A stretch of DNA of 64,000 nt from positions 28,696,983 through 28,760,982 of the forward strand of contig NC_057724.1 of assembly GCF_004010195.1 (NCBI RefSeq). Reading direction: 5' to 3'. Positions 27,173 through 39,800 of the stretch are shown here, in pieces. Position 1 is the stretch's first letter. The number at the start of each line of letters is the position of its first letter. The position numbers and the translations under genes were made by a program. This stretch comes from Chiloscyllium plagiosum (taxonomy: Eukaryota). The notes under the pieces were generated by a model. That model did no database searches. It was not told the origin of the DNA and saw only the letters and a program-made list of their open reading frames with translations.

Positions 27173-27520
27173 CTATAAAATCATTAGGGGCATGGATAGG
27201 GTGAATAGCCAAGTTCTTTTCCCCAGGGTACGAGAATCCAAAACCATAATGCTTGGGTTTCGTGTTACAGGGAAAAGATATAAAAGAGACCTAAGGGGCA
27301 ACTTTTTCACACAGACATTGGTGGTGTGTGTAGGGAATGAGGTACCAGAGGAAGTGGTGGAGGTGGGTACAATTACAACATTTAAAAAGCATCTGGATGT
27401 GTATATGGTGTGGATATGGGCCAAATACTGGCAAATGGGACTAGATCAATTTAGGACATTGCTCCTACTCATCTATGCTGACTCAAAGGGTTTGTTTCCA
27501 TGCTGGACATCTCTATGGCA
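27173..27520 (+). mobile_element. CR1/HER1 3' fragment
   Basis: YKIIRGMDRVNSQVLFPR...RGNFFTQ... Confidence 0.85.
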
Positions 27521-27949
27521 GCCAATCTGGCAGCATCAAGCAAAGTTAACGTTTTGGATCCAAAAATCTTTCTTCAGAACTATGTCACGAATTTGTTTAG
27601 CGCTTAGAAGGATAGGGTCGACAGGCAGATGTAAAGTCGAGAAGACACCTTCAAATGTAGTAGTTCAAATACATTTGCATAATTATGGACATCCACAAAT
27701 CTCGAATTTCCTAAGTAGTATCCAACCTCTGCATTAATATGTCCCGATAAGACAGCATATGCTCTCTCACGCACATTTCTCACCGCTTGATTTTTAACCA
27801 GAGGGAAAGGCTTCAACGGGTCTCCGACTTAAATAATATGCTCCTAGCTGTTACCCATCTTTTGCAATTTCTCAGAGTGTCACCGCTATCTGGAGTTTGG
27901 TTTTCATTTCACAATCGGCTGAGAGGAGGTCACCGTCCTCTTTTAGTGA

Positions 27950-28220
27950 TGGTGAGACCCCGACCATCTTCGAGCTTCCTTCCTCTGTCAAAAGACTGAC
28001 AAACCGCTCGGAAACACACGTTCAAAACGCAACCGACACTCTCACGTGGCCGAGTGATGTCGCGTGACCGGACACCCACGCGGGCGGAGTCTCTAATGCC
28101 ACGTGGGGACGCAGACCCAATAGGATCGTCGCAAGTGGGCGTAGGGTGTGTGACGTCAGCCACCAGGAATAGGGCTGATGAAATGATGTTTGTGAGACTG
28201 TCAAACTGAGTCACGTGTGT
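27950..28220 (+). promoter_or_regulatory. CpG-rich promoter candidate for the MFF/FATE1-like gene
   Basis: The main non-repeat CpG cluster in the window. CACGTG at 28043, 28100 and 28212; GC box GGGCGG 28082; CCAAT 28117; full CRE TGACGTCA 28151-28158; AP-1 TGAGTCA 28207-28213. Coding exon 1 has a splice acceptor, so an upstream non-coding exon is needed. Confidence 0.65.
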
Positions 28221-28964
28221 GCCCTGGGATGGTTGTCAATGATTCCTGACTCCACACCATGTTATGATACTGCTCACTTCTAAGGCTCTATTACTGAGGC
28301 TGGGGCTTTGGTTAATCACTGGTGTATCTCAGGTATTCAATCCATTGGGTGTCAAGCAATTGTCAAATTGCAACTGTCATTGCGATTCAGACAGTAACAG
28401 GTGCTACATCCATTTGAGAGAGGTTGCAGTTTCGCCAGTAGGACCTGAGAAACCTCGAACTTTGTAGCGTGGTTGGGCCAGGAGTTTCTTCAGTTACGTC
28501 AATCAGTTCAGAAATTAAACCCGACAGCATGGATTCTGCACTAACAAACGGTACTGCCGTTCCCAAAAGAGACTGGTCGGCACATGCCTAAAGTTGTAGT
28601 TATCGCTGCTGCTGTTCTCGGGGGAGTGAGATTGTCTTCCAAGAGGCTGGTGGGTGAGGATGATTGTCTTTGCACTATCCATTCCAGACCTGATTTTGTA
28701 GTTAGATTGTGTCTTCGTCACGTTCACAGTGGTCCAAGTGGAAAGTCTTGGCAGTAATGTGAAGGCCACAGTGTCCTTGTGACCTGAGAGATCAGGGTGT
28801 AGATTGCAGGTTGGTCCACACTATATATTACTTTTATGGTACTTTTTCATGTCCTGAAACTGAGATATTGGACTCTGTGGAATCTCTGGCTTTGTCTCAG
28901 AAATTCTCCTAACATTTTTCTTCTAAAAATTTAACTGAGAAAAATGTGCATATTAACACTCGGC

Positions 28965-29420
28965 AGTACAAGAGACGTACAGCATGGAAACAGACCCTTT
29001 AGTCCAACTCGTCCATGCCAACCAGATATCCCAACCTAATCTCATCCCACTTGCCAGCACCCGGCCCATATTTCTCCAAACCCCTCCTATTCATATACCT
29101 ATCCAGATGCCTTTTAAATGTTGCAATTGTACCACTTCATCTGGCAGCTCATTCCAAACACATGCCACCATCTGTGTGAAGAAGTTGCCCCTTAGGTATA
29201 GGGTGAGAGGGCAAAGATGTAAAAGAGACCTATGTCCTCTAGTTCTGGACTTCCCCCACCCCAGGGAAAAGACTATTTATCTAAACCATGCCCCTCATGA
29301 TTTTATAAACCTCTGTAAGATCACTTCTCAGCCTCTACCCCAGGGAAAACAGACCCAGCCTATTCAACTTCTCCCTATCACTCAAATCCTCCAACCCTGG
29401 CAACGTCCTTGTAAATCTCA
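28965..29420 (-). mobile_element. CR1/HER1 3' fragment containing a 30-bp micro-inversion
   Basis: Reverse complement of the LINE 3' end, except 29198-29227 which reads in plus orientation. Confidence 0.85.
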
Positions 29421-30906
29421 TTTTTTTTCATTTTCTTGCAGTTTTACTTTCGGTTACAAAGGAGAGCCTCATGAAATTATTCCCCATCAAAACTACTTGA
29501 AGATAACATCCATTAAAGGAAAGAGTGGTGAGAGGTACTGAGATAGTAATATTGAAGATCTACTTGAAGAAAATGTGTGAAAATTTATTCCAGAGCCTAC
29601 CTTGCATGTACTGTACCACACACAAGGTCCATGATTTGTTTTCCTTTGAATCAAATAACTACTTGTAGTGAAAGTTGGTAGAAAAGCTAGGCTGAATTCA
29701 GCACTTTGTGTGGTCAGTGCCTGGAACTGGTGGTAAAAGTGGTCTAAGTTGGAGACTTGCTCAGCAAAATTGTCCCACTTTCCCAATAAGATAAATCACA
29801 ACTGACACTGAACGGTATACCTATGAATTGCCAGGAATTCCATTCTTAGGTGATCTTGTTAAAGTACAGATTTGAGACGACCCAGGGAATCCCTTGTTGA
29901 CTCAACCTGTAAGCCTCTCTTTGTTTGTCCCGGAGGTCGTTCTTGGTGATAGTCTCGAATAATAACTCTTCCAGACAGTTTAATTAATTTCAGTCTTCCC
30001 CTTTATTTACCAATAGCATCACTGTTACAACATGATGCTGATACCTATAAGCTAAACTAACTAGGTTCTAATAACACAGGAGAGTAGGACACCAGCTCTT
30101 CAAGAGCCTCAGCAGGCTACTCTGATGTACTGATACAGAGTTGCTTCCTTCATGCAAAAAGTTTATAAAAACATTGTGTGTTCTTAATTAGATAAGTGAA
30201 AGACAATAATTTGTAAGGAAGAGAAGTTAATTGACAGATCTGTGTACACTTGACTAATCACTCCTCGCGCCCTAAGCCGTTCATCAGGTGGGAAAAACAA
30301 ATCCAGCCAAGTTAGGCACTTGCTGGTGAGATAAGCTCCTATCGTAAAGAAGTACCAGTCTGAGCTAATTGAAGAGTTCACAAGGTATCCTTGCACAACT
30401 CGCATGTCAGATACAATTGTTTTACAAACTGGCTTCTCAGCAAGGAGGACAAACTTTTGACCATAAAATGGCTTCCAGACATATTGTGCCAGAATCTCTT
30501 CAATATTAGATTTAGAATAATTTTTCAGTTAGGAGCAGACTCCTGCTTTTTAAGCACTGAATCATTCGTACCTGAGGCTGAGATGTTATCGTAAGGTTGC
30601 ATTTAAGCTGGTTCATTAGTCTTTGAATTAAACATGCTTTCTTTTCAGAGTTGTGATTCAATTTCAAATAAGATATAAGATCTGATTAGTTAGAGTTGAC
30701 AGTGGGGCAGTCTATAAGGTCTATAGAGTGGACTGCAAGAACAGCAAGTAAGTTAAGGCTTCATCAGTATTACCTTTTACAGAGTTTGTATTTCATAACC
30801 GGTAATGGCTCATAAAGTCTCAAAAATGCAATTAAGTTCAATCCATAGCAGGTAAGCACAAAGAGTTAATTTTCTACTGGTTTTGGCAGTCCCAGCACTA
30901 AAATGG

Positions 30907-30948
30907 TCTGTCTCTCTGTCTGTGTCTCTCTCTCTCTCTCTCTCTCTC
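30907..30948. repeat. (CT)n / (CTGT) microsatellite
   Basis: Directly visible. Confidence 0.85.
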
Positions 30949-33244
30949 GTCCTTTTGAGCTCTCAAGTCAGGGACTTGTAACAGCAAAGATGTTTTTCCC
31001 TCTGTGTCTGCCTAACTTGCAAGAGGTAATAAGAATCCATTATAATTGATAGGACCTGACCATCAATTACAAGGCTTTTGATAGTACCAAGTTTTGTTTT
31101 GAGGTCAGAATCAAACACTGTCATTAATTTCACAAAGGGATAGCTGTGAATGTTATCACTTGGTATCCTGTTTACACAGATTCATTGATGTTAAGGCAAA
31201 TGTTCTTAGTTGCCTTAGAGCACCCTGTTATCACTTGGTTAGAACAGATGCTTTTATCTTCTGCATAACTTGGGTTCCCCCTTTTTCTGAGCCTCCCTAC
31301 CTATTTTCTAGTGTGCAGCAAATATATTCTATAATTCTATAGTCTAAATGTCTAGAGACAAGTTTTAAGGCTATAGACTTTCTCATACTAATCAAACCTA
31401 AAACTAGCTGCCTCAGACTGAGACTTGTATATTTTCAAGAGAAGATCAATATAGTTCTTAGGGCTTAAAGGGATTAAAGGGTGAGGGGTGAAAGGAGGAC
31501 AGGATGATCAGCTATGATCATGTCGAGTAGTGGAGCGAGGCTCAAAGGACCAAGTGGCCTACTCCTTTTCCTGTTTTCTATGTTTCTATTTTCAGTGCTT
31601 TCTATTGCAAATACAATCAGGCCAAGAAATGTTAATATACTGATGCTTCTCCTGCAATCAAAATATACATCCAAATTCAGAATGACTTATCAACATAAAT
31701 GCATTCACTTTTAAAGAAAATTATCAATCTAAAATTATCACATGAAAGGATGGGGAATAAGATGTCAATGGCCTATTTCTAGTTTTATTCAAAGCAGTGT
31801 AACAAAACTCTCTCAACCAACTGAATCGACTAGAGACCTGCTGTCAGCCTTCTTGAAATATTTCCCATTGAATTGCTGCAGGCATGAGTCTCAGAATGAC
31901 CATTCACCTCTCTTCTGTACACCCATGAAGGATTTTTTCCCATGTAGGCCCACCCTTTTCCACTTCAGGATACTTTAAAATCGCAAATGAATCTGCATCC
32001 TACAAATCTGTTTCGTTTGTGTCCAACCTTATATGCCTTTGAAGTTATGGGCTTGGCTTAATTTATTGTGGCTACAGCAGGTGATAACATATCTGAAAGT
32101 TAGTACATATTAGAACATTTCGCATTATGCATCCTTCATGATTGCCAGTGTAGCTTGCTCTTAATAAAACCAATAATCCATAAGTGAAAAAATATTCCTG
32201 ATAGGAATATTTACATTAGAGTAATTTTGCTTTGCGTGACTTTATAGTTAAGAACATAAATTTGGTCTGAATCTAGAGTCAAAACCAACCAGTCACAGAA
32301 CTCGAGAGAGAGAGATGTTAGAAGAGCTTAATCATTTTAAATAATACAAGATTAAATAAGCAGCTCTAGGACTTCTGTATATGAAAGAACATACCCCCAG
32401 AATTGTGCCGAAGCTTCATAGATGTCATCAATTATGGAATGAAATCAGGTGATTTTAAGAAAATTTTATAGCAACGTGCTCGAAGAATTACTGGTCATTG
32501 AAATAAAAATATGATGCTCTATCACATTTTTGTTATTAGAATTTGCTAGCATGTTAACTAAATCCTTTACAATAAAACATTCTCAGAAGATGAAACAAAA
32601 TCTGGTGGCAAAGAAATAGCACTGACTTTTCCTACATTTTGACTTTTTAAATTAGAATAGAATATTCTTTATTGTCACGTGTACTCCTGTACAGAAGTGC
32701 AAGAGTACATTGAAAAGTTTTACATTGACTGCCTTTAATGGTGCGATCTTAGGAACAAGTACCTAGGTACAAGTCTTGGATACAAAAGAGGAAAGGTAGT
32801 AATATGACCTACTATGTCTTAAAAAAAAGGTCAAAATAAGACAGTTATAACATCGTTAAAGGATTGACATTACAGACTGATAAAGAATTTCAAATAACAG
32901 CAACTCAGCACATGGTCTGATCGCCTGCGCCAGACCCCAGTCCAACAACTGTCCCGCTCCACTCCAAGTCTCCAGTCTACTCCACAATGGCACTCAGCTG
33001 CACTAAGGTAAGTTGGCTGCTCTGGGACTCGTTCACCCTCCGGTTGCTCTGGGACTCGCTTTCCCGTGTGCTGCCTCAGGATTGCTAAAAAGAGAGGGAA
33101 AAAAATGTCGAAAGAAAAAGAACGACTGGGGCAGCAGAGCTCTGTGTGGAGTGTCTTATTCTGGTTCAGTCTTGCAGGAAGTAAAAAAATTGATGATCCC
33201 CAAAGACTGAGTTTGAATTTAAATACTTACTTAAAGACTTGTAT

Positions 33245-33509
33245 TTCCCGCCTCAGGCGATTGAATGTGTGGAGTTTGCACGTTCTCCCCGTGTCTGTGT
33301 GGGTTTCCTCCGGGTGCTCCGGTTTCCTCCCACAGTCCAAAGATGTGCAGGCCAGGTGAATTGGCCATGCTAAATTGCCCATAGAGTTAGGTAAGGGGTA
33401 AATGTAGGGGTATGGGTGGGTTGCGCTTCGGCGGGTCGGTGTGGACTTGTTGGGCCGAAGGGCCTGTTTCCACACTGTAAGTAATCTAATCTAATCTAAT
33501 CTAATCTAA
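33245..33509 (+). mobile_element. 5'-truncated HE1-type SINE with (CTAAT)n tail
   Basis: Near-identical to 26000-26230; ends about 170 bp before the exon 1 acceptor. Confidence 0.9.
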
Positions 33510-33682
33510 ACCGGTGGTTTAGCTTACACAGGAATAGAAACTGACAAGGTTGCCCCAATTTACTTTTGGTGGCCTCTTCATTTCAAATGTTACTTATTTA
33601 ACCTGATGAGGATTTATAATAATTATTTTTCAAATGAAATAAAGAATGATAAATAAAGTTTTACTTTGATCCTTTAGCTGCC

Positions 33683-33896
33683 ATGACAGAGCCAGTATTT
33701 GCAGCACCCTCTGATTTGATAGATTCTGGTCCAGCTCCATGTGACCTAAGTTTCATGGAAGTTATTGGTCAGAAAATGAGAATTCCTAATAGACTGAAAG
33801 TCACTGAGGAGCAAGAGGAGGAGGAGGAGGAGAAAGCAGAAGATATTCACCTATCAACACTGCGGATGCAGATTCCCGAAAGAATATCGATGGGAG
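33683..33896 (+). CDS. MFF/FATE1-like coding exon 1 (N-terminal R1/R2 repeats, poly-Glu spacer)
   Basis: Acceptor cctttag ends 33677, GCCATG start, donor GTAAAT at 33897 (phase 1). FMEVIGQKMRIPNRLKV...MQIPERISMG resembles MFF YTEGISQRMRVPEKLKV...MQVPERIVVAG. Confidence 0.9.
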
Positions 33897-36800
33897 GTAA
33901 ATTGTGTTAACACCAATAAATTACAAACAAGTTTGCATTCTATGTTCATATCCATATATTGATCAAGGTCATTACATCATTGAAAGAATTTTATGTATTG
34001 TAATGGGAAATGATTACATAGAATGGACAGGCCAAGCAAATCAGGTTTATGCCGCACACTTGCTGCCATTTATCCTTTTTAATCTATTAACATAACCTTT
34101 TCCTTTTATCCTCGTGTATTTATCAAGTTTCCTGGTTTAAAAAAACTACATGTATGATATGAGCCTCAACTACTACTTGTGATAGCAACTTCTACCTGAA
34201 TACATGCTTGTTATTTTAATATCCCACCACAATGACAGGATTTAAAAAAGAAAATGTTAATGAGAAATGAGCAATGATATAAATTTGTATTTATTGCCCA
34301 TCTCTGTATTACCACGAATTGTCCGGTTGTCTTCTGATTTCGACAGTGCATCACTTATGCTGATGACAGAATTATACAGAATTTTAACACAGTAATGAAG
34401 AGGAAGCAATTATATATATGTCCAAGTGAGGACTATGTGTGACTTGGGAGCTTAGATGGTGGTGAATTCCTGTGATTTTTCTGCTCTGCTCCTGTAAAGT
34501 TGAGATATGAAGAAAACATGACAAAAAAGGCAATGCAATAAATTAATAATGAGTTGAAATGGAGTGTAAAAGTCAGCGTGGTGGCTGAATATTGATTAAG
34601 GAGTCCATTATTATACCAAGGAGGGATGATATCTTCGGCTTGTCAATTGAAGTTGTCTGGATAGAACTTAAAACAGAAAGGGGGCAATCGTTTTGCTCGG
34701 GGTGTATTATAGACCACAAGACAGTCAGGGATAGATGAAAGCCAGATATGTAGGCAAATAACAGTAGGCAAATAATAGGAGATTTCAGAATGAAATTAGG
34801 AGAGCAATGAAGGGGCATGAAAAAACACTTGTGGGGAATTTTAAGGAAAATCCAAAGGTGCTCAGTAAGTTTATTAAGGTAAGTGAATAACCAGGGAAAA
34901 AATTTATGGCCCCCATTAGGGATCAAAGTGACAATCTGCCTGAGTCGTAAGACAGCTGAGGCTTTAAATGAAAACTTTGTATTTCTATTCACTGTTGGGA
35001 AGGATAATTCAGGCATAGAAATTAGGGAAGGGGACTGTGATATTCTTCAATTAATTAGTATTGAGAGAGAAGAGTTGTTCGTGGTTTTAGCAGGCTTGAT
35101 AATGGATAAATTCCCTGGCTCAGATGAGACATATTTCTGGCTTGTGTGGAAGGTAAAGGATGACTTTTCTGCGGCTGTGACATTAATTTTTAAATCCTAT
35201 CTGGCTACAGGAGGGGTGACAGAGGAATGGAGGGCAGCTAATGTGATACTGTTAATCAAGAAGGTTGGAGGAATAAGTAAGAAAATATAGGCCAACATAT
35301 ATAACATTTTTGATAGGGAATCTATGTTGGAAAGGTTCTGTTGGACAGATTTAATCTCCACTTGGAAAGATAAGAAATAATCTAGGATCGTCAGCATCGC
35401 TTTGTAAGGAGGAGCTTGTATCTAACAAATTTAATTGAATTTTTTTGTAACTGTACCTGCGTCTACCATTTCCTCTGCCAGTTCATTCCACATCTGAACT
35501 ACCCTCTGTGTGAAAACATTGCCCCTCGGGTAACTTTTAAATCTTTCTTCTTTCACCTTAAAAATATGCCCCCTAGTTTTGAACTCACCCACCATAGAGA
35601 AAAGACCTTTGCTATTCTCCCTATCGATGACCCTCATGATTTTATAAACCTCTATGAGGTCACCCCCTCAACCTCCTACACTCCAGTGGGGGAAGGAAAT
35701 GTTCCAGCCTATCTAGCCTCTTCCTGTAACTCAAATTCCCCAGTCCTGGTGACAGCCTGGTAAATCTTTTTTGAACTTTGTCCAATTTAATAATATTCTT
35801 CCTATGGCAAGGCAACTGGAACTGTACACAGTATTCCAAAAGTGGCCTCACCAATGTCCTGTACAACCTTAACATGAGTCTCAACTCTTATACACACTGG
35901 TCTTAGCAATGAAGGAAAGTGTGCTAAGTGGCTTTTTAACCACCCTGTCTACCTGTGATGCACTTTCAAAGACCTATGTCCCAGAATGCATAGGTCTCTC
36001 TTCGAAACAGTACACAGGGCCCTACCATTAACTGTATAAGTCTGGCCCTTGTTCACTTTACCAAATGCAATACCTCCTATTTATCTGAATTAAATTCCAT
36101 ATGCCACTCCTCAGCCCATTGGCTCAATTGATCAAGATACCTTTATAATCTTCTTTGCTATTGACTATACCAGCAATTTTGGTATCATCTGCAAACCTAC
36201 CTACCATTCCTCATAAATTCTCATCCAAATCATTTATAAATGACAAACAACAGTGGACCCAGCACCAATCCCTATCTAACACCAGCCCAAAATAGTAACC
36301 CTCAAACACCATCCTCTGCCTCCTACCATCAAGCCAATTTTGTATCCCGTTGACAAGTTCTCCCTGAATCCCATGTGGTCTAACTTTACTACATGCAGAA
36401 CCTTGTCAAAGGCTTTACTCAAGTCCATGTAGACGACTTCTACCGCTCTGCCCACACTAATCTTTTTTGTTACGTCCTCATAAAACTTAAATCAAGTTTG
36501 CGATACATGATTTCTTAGATAAGGACTAATTAGGGATAATCAACATGGCTTTGTGCAAAGGAAACCATGTCTCACAAACTTGATTGAGTTTTTTGAGGAG
36601 GTAACAAAGAGGATTGATGAGGGCAGAGCGGTAGATGTGATCTATATGGATTTAAATATAGTGTTCGACAAGGTTCCCCATGGGAGATTGATTAGCAAGG
36701 TTAGATCTCATGGAATACAGGGAGAACTAGCCATTTGGATACAGAACTGTCTGTAGAAGACAGAGGGTGGTGGTGGAGGGTTGTTTTTCAGACTGGAAGC

Positions 36801-39800
36801 CTGTGATTAGTGGAGTGCCACAAGGATCGATGCTGGGTCCTCTACTTTTTGTCATTTACATAAATGATTTGGATGCGAGCATAAGAGGTACAGTTAGTAA
36901 GTTTGCAGATGACACCAAAATTGGAGGTGTAGTGGACAGCGAAGAGGGTTACCTCAGAATACAACAGGATCTTGACCAGATGGGCCAATGGACTGAGAAG
37001 TGGCAGATGGAGTTTATTTCAAATAAATGCGAGGTGCTGCATTTTGGGAAAGCAAATCTTAGCAGAACTTATACACTTAATGGTAAGGTCCTAGGGGATG
37101 TAGCTGAACAAATAGACGTTGGAATGCAGGTTCATAGCTCCATGAAAATGGAGCCGCAGGTAGATAGGATAATGAAGAAGTCATTTGGTATGCTTTCGTT
37201 TATTGGTCAGAGTATTGAGTACAGGAATTGGGACGCCATGTTGCGGCTGTACAGGACATTGGTTAGGCCACTGTTGGAATATTGCATGCAATTCCGGTCT
37301 CCTTCCTATCGGAAAGATGTTGTGAAACTTGAAAGGGTTCAGAAAAGATTTACAAGGATGTTGCCAGGGTTGGAGGATTTGAACTACAGGGAGAGGCTGA
37401 ACAGGCTGGGACTGTTTTCCCTGGAGTGTCAGAGGGTAAGAGGTGACCTTATAGAGGTTTACAAAATTATGAGGTTAATTAGGCAAAGTCTTTTCCCTGG
37501 GGTGGGGAGTCTAGAACTAGAGGATAGGTTTAGAGTGAGAGGGTAAAGATATAAAAGAGACCTAAGGTTGCAACGTTTTCACACAGAGGGTGGTATGTGT
37601 ATGGAATGAGCTGCCAGAGGAAGTGGTGGAGGCTGGTACAATTGCAACATTTAAGAGGCATTTGGATGGGTATATGAATAGGAGCAGTTTGGAGGGATAT
37701 GGACTGGGTGCTGACAGGTGGGACTAGATTGGGTTGGGATATCTGGTCGGCATGGACAGGTTGGACCGAAGGGTCTGTTTCCATGCTGTACATCTCTATG
37801 ACTATGACACAAAGTCATGCTGACTATCCCTAATCAGACCCTACCTGTCCAAATGCATGTAAATCCTATCTCCCGGAACCCCCTCCAACATACCCACCAC
37901 TGATGTCAGACTCACCAGTCTATAGTTCCCAAGCTGTTTCTTCCAGCTTCTTGGCAAGATCACACTGGACAAACTAATTAAGAAACTAAGAGCTGTGGGA
38001 TCCAGCGAAATTTGGCAAATAGGATCCAAAATCAGTTTAGTGGCAGAAAGCAGAGGGTGATGGTTGAAGCATGTTTTACCACTGGAAGCCTGTGACAAAC
38101 CACAAGGTTTGATGCTGGGTCACTTGATTTAGAGGGTTCGAGAGATTTGAGGAAGTTGTTTTTTTTCATACAGTTGTGGGTATCTGGAACTCACTGACTG
38201 AGCAGGTAGTAGAGGTGGAAACCCTCAAGACACAGTTGAACGCTTGAAATGGCATAGAATGCAAGCATGCAGCCCAAGTGCTGGAGAATGGGAATAGAAC
38301 TGGTGGAGTTTTGATGACCGATGTGGGTGTGATGGGCCAAAGAGCCTTTTTAAAAAGTCTGACTCTAGTTAAAACTTTAATAATTGATGACAATGACCAG
38401 CCAAAGTACCAACTAAGCTAATTGATAAAATCTTTGATACATTTTCAAGTAAGTAGAGCTAGAGAGAAATAGATTAGGCCCCAAGTTGTCATCAAAGGGA
38501 AGAATTTGGAACTGAGGCCAACTAAAGTAGTTGGGTTTAACTAACACTGATCTAACCTCTGCTGAATGCTCCAAGTTGGCCTTAGTGGAATTCATATGAG
38601 TGAGGTTAGGATACATGGTGCCTTTTAGCCTGGGTTTTCTTCTGCTTGCAATTTGTTTTGTGGAAGGTTTTTGGGGAGGGAGCAAAAGAAACGGAAGGGT
38701 ACGTTTGTGTTTTTCACACTCCTACAACATCTCGGACTCTCATATGTACAGACTTGCTTCCCTATTCTCTCGCTTTCTTTCACACATGCATACTCTCACT
38801 TTGTCTTGCATACACATTCACTCCTCAGCACGGACACATACTTTCACACATACCCTGACTTCTCTTGCACAAATGCACAGATTCTCACACTTTCTCGCTC
38901 TTGCATACTCATTTCTCATACGTATGCACACATGCTCACTCTGTGTGTGTGCCTCTCTCTCTCTCTTGCATGCGCACACACACTCTCTATTTCAAATAAA
39001 ATACTCAACAAAAGCTAATGTCTAAAAGGAATGAGCTCCTGTGCATCAGGTCAAATTTGAAAAAGAAAATCCTCAACTGACTGTCCACTTTCAGTTGATG
39101 GATCAGTGCTCCTTCATATGGAGAAAACACAGAAAATAACTCATGCACAGAAAATACTTTTGATTGAGGATGCAACGTCAATAGGTGCAGCATGAGAGTT
39201 CACTATTGATGCACTTGGTGAGTCATAAAGACTTAGCCACCAAATTAGGCTTGTGGCAATTGCTGAGATAACAGTGCCTAGGTAAAATTTACCTGAACAT
39301 GTCACCTGACACAGATGCAGCTTTTCTCATGACAATATTGGTAGGAGTGACTACTTGAGAATCATTGTGGATACAAAGTCTTCTCATTTTATTCTGGCAC
39401 TACCACTATACTAATTGAGATGGATTCAAAACTGATTGAGCTGCCTAAAACAGGACAAGCATGATGTGTAGCATTATGTCTGCAGCAGAATTGTGTCACT
39501 GATATACAATTTGGACTCAGCCAGGCACACTTGCTGCTGATTTTCTTTGTTTTATTCAAGCATGAGGAAAAGTGAGACTGGTGGCCCTTGACATCGAGGC
39601 ACCCTTTGACCGGATGCAGTGTTACAGAGTATTAGCCAAATTGAAGTGAATGTGATTCAGAGAAAATGTTGATTGATCAAAATAAAAGATAGAGTTCAAT
39701 CATCTCAGTCCTGTTACATGCACCACTACCTAAGTTTTTCAGGATATTCTCTTAAGTCCATCAATCTTCAGCTACTTTATGAATGACCCGGCCTCAATCA

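Larger units (their letters stand above)
34575..38350 (+). mobile_element. Old CR1 LINE (34575-35445 and about 37955-38350) split by nested insertions
   Basis: Diverged DKFPGSD...EEWRAANV...YLTNLIEFF stops at 35445; the RT sequence resumes near 37955 (cagagggtgatggttgaag). Confidence 0.7.

Noticed and set aside
33015-33065. Two direct copies of gctctgggactcg, superficially CRISPR-like
   Set aside because: Only two units, in a eukaryotic repeat-derived segment, with no cas genes; a simple tandem duplication.
36767-37546. Active or domesticated reverse transcriptase
   Set aside because: 5'-truncated CR1 copy with an upstream frameshift and no endonuclease; the open frame reflects young age only.
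38600-39025. Signal-peptide-like 141-aa ORF
   Set aside because: Runs through a CA/CT low-complexity tract in an intron; open in several frames for compositional reasons.
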